Positions 1 through 9,273 of a stretch of DNA of 32,148 nt are shown here, in pieces. The translations under genes were made by a program, and so were the position numbers. A model generated the notes under the pieces. That model was given only the letters and a program-made list of their open reading frames with translations. It did not search any database and had not been told where the DNA came from. Positions within the stretch are counted from its first letter, which is position 1. Every line of letters starts with the position of its first letter. The stretch spans positions 1 through 32,148 of IMG/VR virus record IMGVR_UViG_3300030330_000369, one strand, 5' to 3'. The stretch comes from a virus. Its lineage: Duplodnaviria; Caudoviricetes.

Positions 1-623
1 CTAGTGGTGGTTTATTCAAAGAAGACTGGATACAGTATGATGAAGAAGAACCAGAAAGAGGCAGATGGTATATAGCTTGTGATATTGCAGGATTCTCTGA
101 CGTAGCTCATGCTAACACTGCTAGAAAGAAAAGACTAGATCAAACCGCTATAGCAATAGTAAAAGTAGATGAAGACAGATGGTGGGTTCGTAGTATAGAA
201 CATGGTCGCTGGGATATTAAGAAGACTGCTTCCAAGATATTCCAAGCAGTTACAGACTTTCAACCTCTGTGCGTAGGAATAGAAAAAGGTATTGGTAAAA
301 ATGCAGTAATGGGTTACTTGTCAGACATGATGCGTCAATACAACACATACTTTAGAGTAGAAGATGTAACTCATGGAAACAAGAAAAAGATTGATAGGAT
401 TACATGGTCACTACAGGGTAGGTTTGAGCATGGTAAGATAACTCTGAACAAAGGCTCATGGAATAGTGAGTTCTTAGATCAATTGCTTCAGTTTCCTAAC
501 CCACAGGTACATGATGACCTGATAGATGCACTATCATACATAGAACAAGTACAGATACCAGAATACAACGTATATTACGAAGAAGAAGAATATGAACCAC
601 TAGACACAGTAACAGGATATTAA
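1..623 (+). CDS. terL: Terminase large subunit, C-terminal nuclease domain (5' partial)
   Basis: Frame is open from position 3 (SGGLFKEDWIQY...WYIACDIAGF...DQTAIAIV) and ends in FPNPQVHDDLIDALSY, an RNase H-like terminase nuclease motif; lies directly upstream of the portal gene. Confidence 0.92.
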   Translation, partial: SGGLFKEDWIQYDEEEPERGRWYIACDIAGFSDVAHANTARKKRLDQTAIAIVKVDEDRWWVRSIEHGRWDIKKTASKIFQAVTDFQPLCVGIEKGIGKNAVMGYLSDMMRQYNTYFRVEDVTHGNKKKIDRITWSLQGRFEHGKITLNKGSWNSEFLDQLLQFPNPQVHDDLIDALSYIEQVQIPEYNVYYEEEEYEPLDTVTGY

Positions 624-658
624 CAATACCCTTATGTCTACCACCCTAGGAAAACAAT

Positions 659-2632
659 ATGAATAATGAAAGTTACACAGTAAATCCTCTAGTATCATGG
701 GTACTAGGTCAATGTGACCAATGGAAAGTACACAGAGATACAAACTACCTTGATAAGTGGCAAGAGTATGAAAGACTCTTCAGAGGCATCTTTGATGCTG
801 CGGATAAAACCAGAGATTCTGAAAGAGCTAAGATTATCACTCCTGCATTGCAACAAGCAATAGAGTCCCACACAGCAGAGATAGAAGAGGCTGTGTTTGG
901 TAGAGGTGAGAAGTTCTTTGATATTACGGATAACCTAATAGACCCACAGAAAGTCGATATTCAGTTAATTCGTAATCAGATGCTTGAAGACTTCAAAAAA
1001 GGTAACGTAAGAAAAGCAGTATCTGACATCATTTTGTTATCTGCAATCTATGGTAATGGTATTGGTGAGATCATTGTATACGAGAAGAAAGAGCTAATAC
1101 CAGCTATGCAACCAGTAGTAGAGATGGGTATTACAGCAGTAGGTGTACAAGAGAAAACAAGGTTCTGTGTAGGACTAAAACCAATCACACCATACAACTT
1201 CTTAATAGACCCCTCTGCAAGCAACGTACAGGAGGCTCTAGGCTGTGCTATTGAAGAACTGGTGTCTATCCACTCTGTAGTGTCAGCAATGGAGTCAGGA
1301 GTCTATGAAACAGTCCCAGACCTATCTCAGTATGCAATAGAGACTGATTTAGAGCCATCACAAGAGGTATCTGACTATCAGGAAAACAGAGTCAAGATTC
1401 TACGATACTATGGACTCATACCAAAGTATATGTTGGATAATCAAGATGACTCAGAGAAGTTTGAAGAAGTATTCAACAAGCAAGCAGATGAGTACGGCAC
1501 TCAGGCAGCAGATTACAGTGACCTAGTAGAAGGTATTGTAGTTATAGCAAACGACCAGTATTTACTCAAAGCAGAAGAGTCGCCATACATGATGAAAGAT
1601 AGACCTATCGTTTCTTTTCAAAATGATAGTGTTCCTAATCGTTTCTGGGGTCGTGGTATTGCTGAAAAGGGATACAATATGCAAAAAGCTATTGATGCTC
1701 AGGTACGATCACACCTTGACAGCGTGGCACTAGCTACAGTACCAATGATGGCTATGGATGCTACCAGATTACCTAGAGGTGCTAGGTTTGAGGTAAAACC
1801 TGGTAAGACAATTCTTACGAATGGTAACCCAGCAGAAATTCTTTATCCTTTTAAGATAGGTTCAGTCGATGGTTCTAATATTAATACTGCTACTTCTTTT
1901 ATGAATATGCTACTTATGGCTACAGGAACAATAGATAGCTCATCATTACAAGCTATGACTACAGCAGAAGGAGCTGGATTATCTGTAGCATTGTCATCAA
2001 TCATAAAGAAAAACAAGAGAACATTAATAAACTTTCAAGAACAATTCTTGATACCTTTTGTAACCAAGTCTGCACACAGGTTTATGCAGTTTGACCCAGA
2101 GAGATATCCTGCACAAGACTTTATATTTACTCCTTCTAGTAATTTAGGTATCATAGCTAGAGAACATGAGCAAATGCAGTTTATGAATTTACTAAAAACA
2201 CTAGGTGCAGAATCACCAATCGTTCCTTTAGTTCTGTCTGCAATAATAGAAAACTCTAGTTTGAACAACAGAGAACAGCTAATACAGCAACTACAGCAGA
2301 TGATGCAGCCTAATCCACAGGAAGCACAGTCACAACAAGCTGCTATACAGCTACAATTACAGAAAGCACAGCTAGAATTAGCAGATTTACAAGCTGATGT
2401 ACAGCTAAAACAGGCTAAAGCACAAGGAGAAGCGGTAGAAACGCAGTTAAAACCAGTAGAAACACAGGCTAAAGTAGCTGCTAGTGCTTCTAAGTACTTA
2501 GGAGACGCTGATGACCCAACAAAAGAGTTTGAAAGACGTATAAAACTAGCAAATGTGGCTTTAAAAGAGAAAGATATTGATACAAAAGCACGAATTGCAG
2601 AATTACAACTACAAGCATCAAGAAATACTTGA
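659..2632 (+). CDS. Portal (head-tail connector) protein
   Basis: 657 aa between terminase and scaffold; FWGRGIAEK motif and Gln-rich coiled-coil C-terminus typical of podovirus portals. Confidence 0.88.
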   Translation: MNNESYTVNPLVSWVLGQCDQWKVHRDTNYLDKWQEYERLFRGIFDAADKTRDSERAKIITPALQQAIESHTAEIEEAVFGRGEKFFDITDNLIDPQKVDIQLIRNQMLEDFKKGNVRKAVSDIILLSAIYGNGIGEIIVYEKKELIPAMQPVVEMGITAVGVQEKTRFCVGLKPITPYNFLIDPSASNVQEALGCAIEELVSIHSVVSAMESGVYETVPDLSQYAIETDLEPSQEVSDYQENRVKILRYYGLIPKYMLDNQDDSEKFEEVFNKQADEYGTQAADYSDLVEGIVVIANDQYLLKAEESPYMMKDRPIVSFQNDSVPNRFWGRGIAEKGYNMQKAIDAQVRSHLDSVALATVPMMAMDATRLPRGARFEVKPGKTILTNGNPAEILYPFKIGSVDGSNINTATSFMNMLLMATGTIDSSSLQAMTTAEGAGLSVALSSIIKKNKRTLINFQEQFLIPFVTKSAHRFMQFDPERYPAQDFIFTPSSNLGIIAREHEQMQFMNLLKTLGAESPIVPLVLSAIIENSSLNNREQLIQQLQQMMQPNPQEAQSQQAAIQLQLQKAQLELADLQADVQLKQAKAQGEAVETQLKPVETQAKVAASASKYLGDADDPTKEFERRIKLANVALKEKDIDTKARIAELQLQASRNT

Positions 2633-2657
2633 CTTTTACAAAAAAGTATGCTATAAT
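2629..2657 (+). promoter_or_regulatory. sigma70-type promoter with extended -10
   Basis: TTGACT (2629-2634), 17 nt, TATAAT (2652-2657), TG at 2649-2650; the -35 overlaps the portal TGA stop. Confidence 0.85.
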
Positions 2658-2686
2658 CACGCATTAATAAAGCAAAAAACGTGCCA

Positions 2687-2944
2687 ATGGATAAAAAATT
2701 ATTAAATTACTATGATAACCGTTTTGCAATGATGTCTTCTAAGGGTTGGAAAGATCTTATGGAAGATTTACAAAAGATGTATAATGAATACAACAGTGTT
2801 CAGAACTGTGAAACAAATGAAGAATTTAATTTTGCAAAAGGACAAGTAGATATACTAAAATATATGTTAGGACTAAAGGATATGTCTGAAAAAGTATATG
2901 AAGACTTGTGTGCAGAAGTAGAACAGAGTTATACAAACACATAA
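2687..2944 (+). CDS. Small conserved head-module protein
   Basis: About 85 aa, helical (GWKDLMEDL...FAKGQVDIL), in the usual post-portal position; GTG 2681 is an alternative start. Confidence 0.7.
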   Translation: MDKKLLNYYDNRFAMMSSKGWKDLMEDLQKMYNEYNSVQNCETNEEFNFAKGQVDILKYMLGLKDMSEKVYEDLCAEVEQSYTNT

Positions 2945-3204
2945 TGACTAAAAGAATATTTGAGTTTCAATGTAATAATTGTTCTACTGTATTTGAACAA
3001 TACATTGATGACTCTTTAAAAACAACTAAATGCCCTATTTGTGGTTCTGAAGCTACACGCATAATCAGTAAACCAAGAATAGACCTAGATGGTTGTTCAG
3101 GTGATTTTCCTACTGCTGCTGACGCATGGGTTAGACGCAGAGAAAGTCACATGAAGTATGAAAGAAAGATGGGCATAGGTCAAGAGTATAGTAGTATGGG
3201 ATAA
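2944..3204 (+). CDS. FmdB-like zinc-ribbon protein
   Basis: FEFQCNNC...CPICGSEATRIIS; ATG 2944 overlaps the upstream TAA (TAATG). Confidence 0.8.
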   Translation: MTKRIFEFQCNNCSTVFEQYIDDSLKTTKCPICGSEATRIISKPRIDLDGCSGDFPTAADAWVRRRESHMKYERKMGIGQEYSSMG

Positions 3205-3227
3205 GGTTAGACCCCCATTTAAAGTGT

Positions 3228-3258
3228 CTTTCCTAAAATGTCAACTGACACAGGAGAG
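3228..3258 (+). promoter_or_regulatory. Hairpin sequestering the scaffold gene Shine-Dalgarno
   Basis: CTTTCCT (3228-3234) pairs with AGGAGAG (3252-3258); inner stem TGTC/GACA (3239-3250). Confidence 0.45.
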
Positions 3259-3262
3259 TATA

Positions 3263-4024
3263 GTGGCTGAGTTTGTAGAAGAAATAGAAGATAAGAAAGA
3301 AGAACCACAGCAAGAAGAAGTAAAAGTTGAAGAAGTTAAAAAAGAATCAGAGATTCCTGAGAAGTATAAGGAAAAAACTCTTAAAGATGTTATAGCTATG
3401 CATCAAGAAGCTGAGAAGTTAATAGGCAGACAAGGTACAGAGTTAGGAGAACTTCGTAGGGTTGCTAATTCTTATGTTCAAAGTCAAACGCAAGCAAAGC
3501 AAACAGAAGTCAAAGAAACTAGTGATGATGATTTTTTTGCTAACCCTAAACAGGCTGTAGACAACGCAATACAAAATCATCCTAAGATTAGAGAAGCAGA
3601 ACAATTAACCCTAGAAATGCAAAGGTCAAAAGCTCTTTCATCACTGAAAGAAAAACACCCAGACTTTACAGAGGTAGTAAAAGATCAAGGGTTTCAAGAT
3701 TGGATAGGTAATTCTAAAGTAAGAGCAGAATTATTTGCTAGGGCTGATCGTAGGTATGATTATGATGCTGCTGATGAGCTTATTTCTACATGGAAAGAAA
3801 AGAAACAATTAGGCGGTAAAACTGTAGAAATGGAGAAACAGGCTAGATCACAAGACATCAAAAGTGCTACTACAACTGTACCAAGCGGTAGTGGAGAAGC
3901 ACCATCCAAGAAAATATTTAGACGTTCTGACATACAAAAACTTATTAACAGTGACCCTGCAAAATATGAATCTTTATACCCTGAGATAGTAAAAGCGTAT
4001 GAAGAGGGAAGAGTAAGAGGGTGA
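3263..4024 (+). CDS. Capsid scaffolding protein
   Basis: Acidic N-terminus, IPEKY motif, helical, C-terminal AYEEGRV; immediately before the major capsid; GTG 3263 follows AGGAG (3252-3256). Confidence 0.85.
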   Translation: MAEFVEEIEDKKEEPQQEEVKVEEVKKESEIPEKYKEKTLKDVIAMHQEAEKLIGRQGTELGELRRVANSYVQSQTQAKQTEVKETSDDDFFANPKQAVDNAIQNHPKIREAEQLTLEMQRSKALSSLKEKHPDFTEVVKDQGFQDWIGNSKVRAELFARADRRYDYDAADELISTWKEKKQLGGKTVEMEKQARSQDIKSATTTVPSGSGEAPSKKIFRRSDIQKLINSDPAKYESLYPEIVKAYEEGRVRG

Positions 4025-4047
4025 TATTTTAGAAAAGGAATTTAGAA

Positions 4048-4974
4048 ATGGGTTTAGGAACTAATCATGTAGTTAATTCAGAAGTCAACACCGCTGGTTT
4101 TATACCTGAGGTTTGGTCAGACGAAATAATCGCTGGTTATAAGAAAAATCTTGTAGCTGCTAATTTAATTAAAACAATGAACATGAAGGGCAAAAAAGGT
4201 GACGTAGTTCACTTTCCAGCTCCAGCAAGAGGTTCAGCTTCAACCAAGGCTGCTGAAACAGAGGTAACTTTAATTCAAGAGTCTGGTTCAGAGAAGACTG
4301 TAACAATCAATCAACATTATGAGTATAGTCGTTTGATTGAAGATTTTGCAGAAGTACAAGCATTGACTTCACTAAGACGTTTTTACACAGATGATGCTGG
4401 TTATGCGTTAGCTACTAGAGTAGATACAGACGTACTTTCTCTAGGTAGACAGTCACAAGCTGGTTCTGGTAGTGCTGCTTATGACAAAGGTTTCTTAGGT
4501 GGTGATGGTTCTACATTCTATGTAGCTGCTAGTAATAACGAAAGTGCTATTACTGATGCAGGGTTTAGAAGAGCTATTCAGCGTCTTGACGATCAAGATG
4601 TTCCTATGGATAATCGTAACTTTGTCATACCTCCTGTAGCTCGTAATGTAATGATGGGTCTATCACGATTCACAGAGCAAGCGTTTACAGGTGAAGCTGG
4701 CAATGCTAACACCATTAGAAATGGTCAGATTGGTGATATATATGGTATTAAAGTGTTTGTATCTACCAATGTGGACACAACTTCTGGTTCTGGCGGTGCT
4801 AGAGTATGTTTATTGTTCCATCCTGAGTTTGGAGTATTGGTTGAACAGTTAGGTGTTCGTGTTCAAACACAATACAAGCAAGAGCATTTAGGTACGCTTT
4901 TAACTGCTGATACCTTATATGGTACTGGTGAGCTAAGAGATAAGTCTGCTGTTGCTCTTATTGTTCCAGCTTAA
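4048..4974 (+). CDS. Major capsid protein (HK97 fold)
   Basis: 308 aa; FIPEVWSDEI, GDVVHFP, LDDQDVP, GQIGDIYGIKVFVS, LYGTGELR motifs; followed by a terminator. Confidence 0.92.
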   Translation: MGLGTNHVVNSEVNTAGFIPEVWSDEIIAGYKKNLVAANLIKTMNMKGKKGDVVHFPAPARGSASTKAAETEVTLIQESGSEKTVTINQHYEYSRLIEDFAEVQALTSLRRFYTDDAGYALATRVDTDVLSLGRQSQAGSGSAAYDKGFLGGDGSTFYVAASNNESAITDAGFRRAIQRLDDQDVPMDNRNFVIPPVARNVMMGLSRFTEQAFTGEAGNANTIRNGQIGDIYGIKVFVSTNVDTTSGSGGARVCLLFHPEFGVLVEQLGVRVQTQYKQEHLGTLLTADTLYGTGELRDKSAVALIVPA

Positions 4975-4984
4975 TTTTAATAAC

Positions 4985-5016
4985 AGGGTTGGCTCTAGCG
5001 GTCAACCCTTTTCTTT
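4985..5016 (+). terminator. Intrinsic terminator after the major capsid gene
   Basis: AGGGTTGGC (4985-4993) / GTCAACCCT (5001-5009) stem followed by TTTCTTT. Confidence 0.8.
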
Positions 5017-5029
5017 ATAAGGATGAATA

Positions 5030-5344
5030 ATGGCTACAGTAAAAAGAGGACAACATAGACAGTTTCAGGGAGCTTTCTCTGATACCTGGACTATTAAAGA
5101 CACATTTAACTTTGGTTCAGTAGCAGATGGCAATGAAGAAGTTACTGGCGTAACTGTATCAGGTGTTGCATTAGGTGATATGGTATTAGGAGTAGCTTCT
5201 AGTGTAGATGTTGCAGACTTAGATTTAACAGCTAATGTTACTGCTGCAGATCAAGTTACATTTCAAGTAAATAATAACACAGGCGGAGCAATTGATTTAG
5301 CCACTGCTGAATACACAGCTCTTGTAGTTAGACCAAATTGGTAA
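5030..5344 (+). CDS. Putative capsid decoration/cement protein
   Basis: 104 aa, beta-rich V/T/A/D composition, directly after the capsid gene, AAGGA RBS; function inferred from position. Confidence 0.55.
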   Translation: MATVKRGQHRQFQGAFSDTWTIKDTFNFGSVADGNEEVTGVTVSGVALGDMVLGVASSVDVADLDLTANVTAADQVTFQVNNNTGGAIDLATAEYTALVVRPNW

Positions 5345-5351
5345 ACATGAT

Positions 5352-5374
5352 AACCCTCTTCGGAGGGTTTTTTT
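5352..5374 (+). terminator. Intrinsic terminator with UUCG tetraloop
   Basis: AACCCTC-TTCG-GAGGGTT running into a T7 tract. Confidence 0.9.
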
Positions 5375-5388
5375 GTTAAGGAATAATT

Positions 5389-5934
5389 ATGGCTTTTTTT
5401 AGAGGTACAGGCGGTGCAGGTACTGCTACATTTGAGCAACTACCTTTAGCTATCAGTGAGGGCGGTACAAGTGCGACTACTGTAGCTTCTGCTAGAGCAT
5501 CAATTTTACCTGATTTTTCTGGTAATGCTACTTTTGTACTTGCAGTAAACTCTGGTGCAACTGATGTAGAATTTGTTACAGCACAATCTACAATTAGTTA
5601 TTCTGATGCTACTGCTAATTTTACAGGTATATTACAAGAAAGTGGTAGTAATGTATTAACAAGTGCTGATATTGGTGTGTCAGTAGCTTCTGCTGGAGTT
5701 ACAGGAGGAGGAGGAATAAGTTATTCTGATGCTACTGCTAATTTTACAGGAGTTCTACAACATAGTTCTAGTAATGTTCTAACACAATCAATGATAGGTG
5801 TATCAGTGCAAGGATATGATGCTGATATAGCGTTTTTAGACGCAGCAACAGCAAATTTTACAGGAGTGCTACAAGATGGAGGAAGCACAGTTCTAACAGA
5901 ATCAAGTACGATTGAAGGAGGTACTTACTCATGA
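5389..5934 (+). CDS. Short fibre/adaptor protein with three internal repeats
   Basis: PLAISEGGTSATT fibre motif; three copies of (D/A)ATANFTG(I/V)LQxxxSxVLT; ends IEGGTYS. Confidence 0.7.
   Translation: MAFFRGTGGAGTATFEQLPLAISEGGTSATTVASARASILPDFSGNATFVLAVNSGATDVEFVTAQSTISYSDATANFTGILQESGSNVLTSADIGVSVASAGVTGGGGISYSDATANFTGVLQHSSSNVLTQSMIGVSVQGYDADIAFLDAATANFTGVLQDGGSTVLTESSTIEGGTYS
5596..5750 (+). repeat. 32-bp exact direct repeat (5596-5627 and 5719-5750), with a diverged third copy near 5839-5874
   Basis: AGTTATTCTGATGCTACTGCTAATTTTACAGG occurs twice, 123 bp apart. Confidence 0.9.
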
Positions 5935-6755
5935 CAACCATTTTAACTAAAAAGAAAGATTCATCAGGAGTACCAGCTACCGCTGATATCACTAGCTCTG
6001 TTGGAGGAGCAGAATTAGCAGTCAATACTGCTGATAAAAGATTATATACAAAGAATAGTAGTAATGTTATTGTAGAAGTAGGTACAAACCCAGCATCATT
6101 AAACTTAAATGCAGACTTAACAAACACATCAGGTAACTTAGTAGTAGACCCTGCAACACAAATATTTGAAATTAAAGGTTCTGGTTCTACTGAAGGACAA
6201 ATACAACTTAATTGTGCTGTTAATTCACACGGACAAATAATTACCGCAGCAGATCACGGTGTTTCAGCTACTAATACTTTAACATTACCTGGGGGAGATA
6301 CTATAGGTAATGCAAATGCTACTTTAGTTTCTGATACAGGTACACAAACTTTAACAAATAAAACTATAGATACTGCTGTTAGTGTTAGTGCTGCTGGAGC
6401 TATAACAAGCGGTACAATAGTATCAGATCAAGATGGTAATTTAAGAGACATACCTGTAAGTCAAAACATATCAGGTAATTATACATTAGCCATAGGAGAT
6501 GCAGGTAATCAAATAAATGTTAATGCTTCTAATGCAATTATAACTGTACCTACAGGAGTATTTGGTGTTGGTGATATAATATCTCTTATATCTGTAAATG
6601 GCTGTACTGCTACAATAGCTTGTACTGCTGTTAATGCAGTTAAAGCAGGTGATCTAGCAGCAACTGCATCACACACATTAGATGCAAACGGAGTTGCAAG
6701 TATTATGTTTAGTTATTCAGCAGATTTAGCTGTACTTACTGGGAATATTTCATAA
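5931..6755 (+). CDS. Tail fibre subunit
   Basis: N-terminal AELAVNTADKRLYTK, internal TLTLP and TQTLTNKTI fibre motifs, C-terminal YTLAIGDAG domain. Confidence 0.75.
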   Translation: MTTILTKKKDSSGVPATADITSSVGGAELAVNTADKRLYTKNSSNVIVEVGTNPASLNLNADLTNTSGNLVVDPATQIFEIKGSGSTEGQIQLNCAVNSHGQIITAADHGVSATNTLTLPGGDTIGNANATLVSDTGTQTLTNKTIDTAVSVSAAGAITSGTIVSDQDGNLRDIPVSQNISGNYTLAIGDAGNQINVNASNAIITVPTGVFGVGDIISLISVNGCTATIACTAVNAVKAGDLAATASHTLDANGVASIMFSYSADLAVLTGNIS

Positions 6756-8401
6756 TGACTGGAATACATCAATTATTATTTTCTAATTTTTCTACTGGTG
6801 CTGTCGTAGATGGAGTTGTAGTAATACAAACTTTTACAGGCAACTCTACATGGACTTGTCCCACTGGTGTTACAAGTGTTGATTATCTTGTAGTTGCAGG
6901 TGGTGGGTCAGGTGGCACTACTGGTGGTGGTGGCGGTGCCGGTGGCTTTAGAACCGGCACTGGTTTAAGTGTAACCGCAGGAACAGACTATTCAATCACA
7001 GTCGGTGGTGGGGGAACTAACCCTGAAGCAAATTCTTTAGGAACTAATGGAGACGATTCTATTTTTTCTACAATTACATCAACTGGTGGAGGAGCAGGAC
7101 ACTGTAATACTAACCCAGCTCCCGGTCAAGATGGGGGTTCTGGAGGCGGAGCCGGCACAACAGGAGGTGTTGTTTTTAGTGGAGGCTCTGGGAATACTCC
7201 GTCAACAACACCAAGTCAAGGCAATAATGGAGGGAGTAATTCAGGCACTGCCCCTGCTTATGGTGGTGGTGGTGGAGGCGGAGCAGGAACAAATCCTGCT
7301 GCAGTAGGGGGAAATGGTTCTAGCACAAATGGTGGTAATGGTGGCTCTGGTCAAACATCATCATTAATTGGAGTAGCTACTACATATTCAGGTGGTGGAG
7401 GCGGTACTGCTTACAATCAAACAGGTAATGGTGGTAGTGGCGGTGCAGGTGGAGGAGGTGATGGTAAAGGTGGAGGTATTGCTGGTGATGCCGGAACAGC
7501 TAACACTGGTGGTGGAGCAGGAGCAGGTGGGTTTTCTGGAGGTCACAAAAAAGGTGGAAATGGTGGCTCAGGCATTGTTATCCTTAAATACACAGTACCT
7601 ACAAGTTCCCCACTAATATTCAAAGGCACAACAAAATGGGTATGCCCCACTGGAGTATCTTCTGTAGATTATTTAGTAGTTGCAGGAGGTGGTGGAGGCG
7701 GTAATACAGGAACATCTAATTATGGCCGTAGTGGAGGCGGTGGTGCTGGAGGCTTCAGAACTGGTACAGGATTGTCTGTTACTTCTGGAACAGAATACAC
7801 AATAACAGTTGGAGCAGGTGGTATTGGTGATGGGCCGACCAATGGAGTTGGCGTTGCAGGAGAAATATCGTCTGCTTTTTCAATAGAGTCAGCAGGTGGC
7901 GGAGCAGGTGGAAATTCATCTCTTGATATAGGAAGTAAAAGAAACGGTGGTTCTGGTGGCGGTGCACCAAGAAATCAAACAGGAGGTAGTGGAAATACCC
8001 CTAGTGTTTCACCATCTCAAGGAAATGATGGTGGAGATGCTTTTGGCCCTTCAAACCCAGGCCCAGGCGATAACGCATCAGGGGGCGGAGGAGCAGGAGC
8101 TGTAGGCCAAGATGCACAACCTTCAAGTGGTGGTGCTGGAGGTAATGGAACAGCATCGTCAATTACTGGTGCATCTGTAACTTACGCAGGTGGTGGGGGC
8201 GGTGGAACTGACACCTCTCATCCGGGCGGTTCAGGTGGCACAGGAGGAGGAGGTGCAGGAGGTAATAATTCTTCACCATACCAAGGAGTAAACGGGACTG
8301 CTAATACTGGAGGTGGTGGTGGTGGTCAGGGAGATAATATTGCCCCCGGAAGAGGTGGACATGGTGGCTCTGGAATTGTTGTAATAACTATGAACGCATA
8401 G
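6755..8401 (+). CDS. Glycine-rich receptor-binding/fibre tip protein with two tandem Gly-rich domains
   Basis: The unit CPTGV(T/S)SVDYLVVAGGG...GGGAGGFRTGTGLSVT...TANTGGG...GGSGIV occurs twice. Confidence 0.8.
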   Translation: MTGIHQLLFSNFSTGAVVDGVVVIQTFTGNSTWTCPTGVTSVDYLVVAGGGSGGTTGGGGGAGGFRTGTGLSVTAGTDYSITVGGGGTNPEANSLGTNGDDSIFSTITSTGGGAGHCNTNPAPGQDGGSGGGAGTTGGVVFSGGSGNTPSTTPSQGNNGGSNSGTAPAYGGGGGGGAGTNPAAVGGNGSSTNGGNGGSGQTSSLIGVATTYSGGGGGTAYNQTGNGGSGGAGGGGDGKGGGIAGDAGTANTGGGAGAGGFSGGHKKGGNGGSGIVILKYTVPTSSPLIFKGTTKWVCPTGVSSVDYLVVAGGGGGGNTGTSNYGRSGGGGAGGFRTGTGLSVTSGTEYTITVGAGGIGDGPTNGVGVAGEISSAFSIESAGGGAGGNSSLDIGSKRNGGSGGGAPRNQTGGSGNTPSVSPSQGNDGGDAFGPSNPGPGDNASGGGGAGAVGQDAQPSSGGAGGNGTASSITGASVTYAGGGGGGTDTSHPGGSGGTGGGGAGGNNSSPYQGVNGTANTGGGGGGQGDNIAPGRGGHGGSGIVVITMNA

Positions 8402-8409
8402 GAGTATAA

Positions 8410-8676
8410 ATGGAAATAAAACCAAAAGATAAAATTTATAGATTAACTGGAATTGATAGTGCTATGGAATTGTTGCGTCCAGGTGCTAAATGGGAAATCT
8501 CTAATTCTACTTTTACAAGATGGGAAGATGATAGACCATGCCCATCAATGGAAGAAGTTCGAGATGCACAACGTAAAGCAAGAGAGTTTGAAGATTCTAT
8601 AAATACAATTTGGACAAAAGAGCAAGAAAATCAAATATTAGAAATGCAAGGAAATATAGGTGGTGCATTGAATTGA
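8410..8676 (+). CDS. Small fibre-associated protein (XkdW-like)
   Basis: AMELLRPGAKWEI...WEDDRPCPSMEEV; directly after the fibre gene; AGGAG RBS. Confidence 0.55.
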   Translation: MEIKPKDKIYRLTGIDSAMELLRPGAKWEISNSTFTRWEDDRPCPSMEEVRDAQRKAREFEDSINTIWTKEQENQILEMQGNIGGALN

Positions 8677-9272
8677 TAACTCATTCCTTATTTCCTACAG
8701 CAGTAACTTTTTATAAACACAAAGGTATTACAGAAAAAGAAATAAAGTTTATAGCAAAACAAGAAACAAGAGGCAACACAGGAAACACAACATCTATTGA
8801 TAATAATATTTTAGAAAACAGAGAAATGAAAAAACTAAAACAGTTTATTGAGAAATCTTTAAAAGAATATTTTCAAAATATTTATGTACCTAAAAATAAT
8901 GTTGAGCCTTATATAACGCAGTCATGGTGCAACTATACAAAAGAAGGTCAATATCACCACAAACATGCACATCCTAACAGTTTTATATCTGGTGTGTTTT
9001 ATGTTCAAGCTGATAAAACAAAAGATAAAATTTATTTTTATAAAGAAGAATACAAACAAATAAAAGTACCTGCTAAAGAATATAACCTTTTTAATAGTGA
9101 AAGTTGGTGGTTTGAAACAGGCACAAATGACTTAGTTCTATTTCCTTCTAACCTTACTCACATGGTTGAAAAGGTAGTAGGAAAAGAAAGAATTAGTTTA
9201 AGTTTTAACACATTTCTAAAAGGTTATATTGGCGAAGATATAGAATTAACTGGATTACATATAGGAGTATAA
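8673..9272 (+). CDS. 2OG-Fe(II) oxygenase-like protein (TIGR02466/2OG-FeII_Oxy_5 type)
   Basis: HKHAHPNSFISGVFYV, LVLFPSNLTHMV, ERISLSFN; likely TTG start at 8673 overlapping the upstream TGA, after AGGTGG. Confidence 0.85.
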   Translation: MITHSLFPTAVTFYKHKGITEKEIKFIAKQETRGNTGNTTSIDNNILENREMKKLKQFIEKSLKEYFQNIYVPKNNVEPYITQSWCNYTKEGQYHHKHAHPNSFISGVFYVQADKTKDKIYFYKEEYKQIKVPAKEYNLFNSESWWFETGTNDLVLFPSNLTHMVEKVVGKERISLSFNTFLKGYIGEDIELTGLHIGV

Positions 9273-9273
9273 G

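Noticed and set aside
2035-2664. 209-aa minus-strand ORF
   Set aside because: Antisense shadow of the Gln/Ala-rich portal C-terminus; Cys/Ser-rich composition and no RBS
4950-5030. T7 gp10A/10B-style capsid frameshift or read-through into the next gene
   Set aside because: The capsid TAA is followed by further in-frame stops and a terminator; the next gene has its own RBS
7047-7970. Alternative-frame and antisense ORFs inside the Gly-rich fibre gene
   Set aside because: By-products of repetitive GGT/GGA codons lacking stops; Val/Glu-rich translations with no RBS
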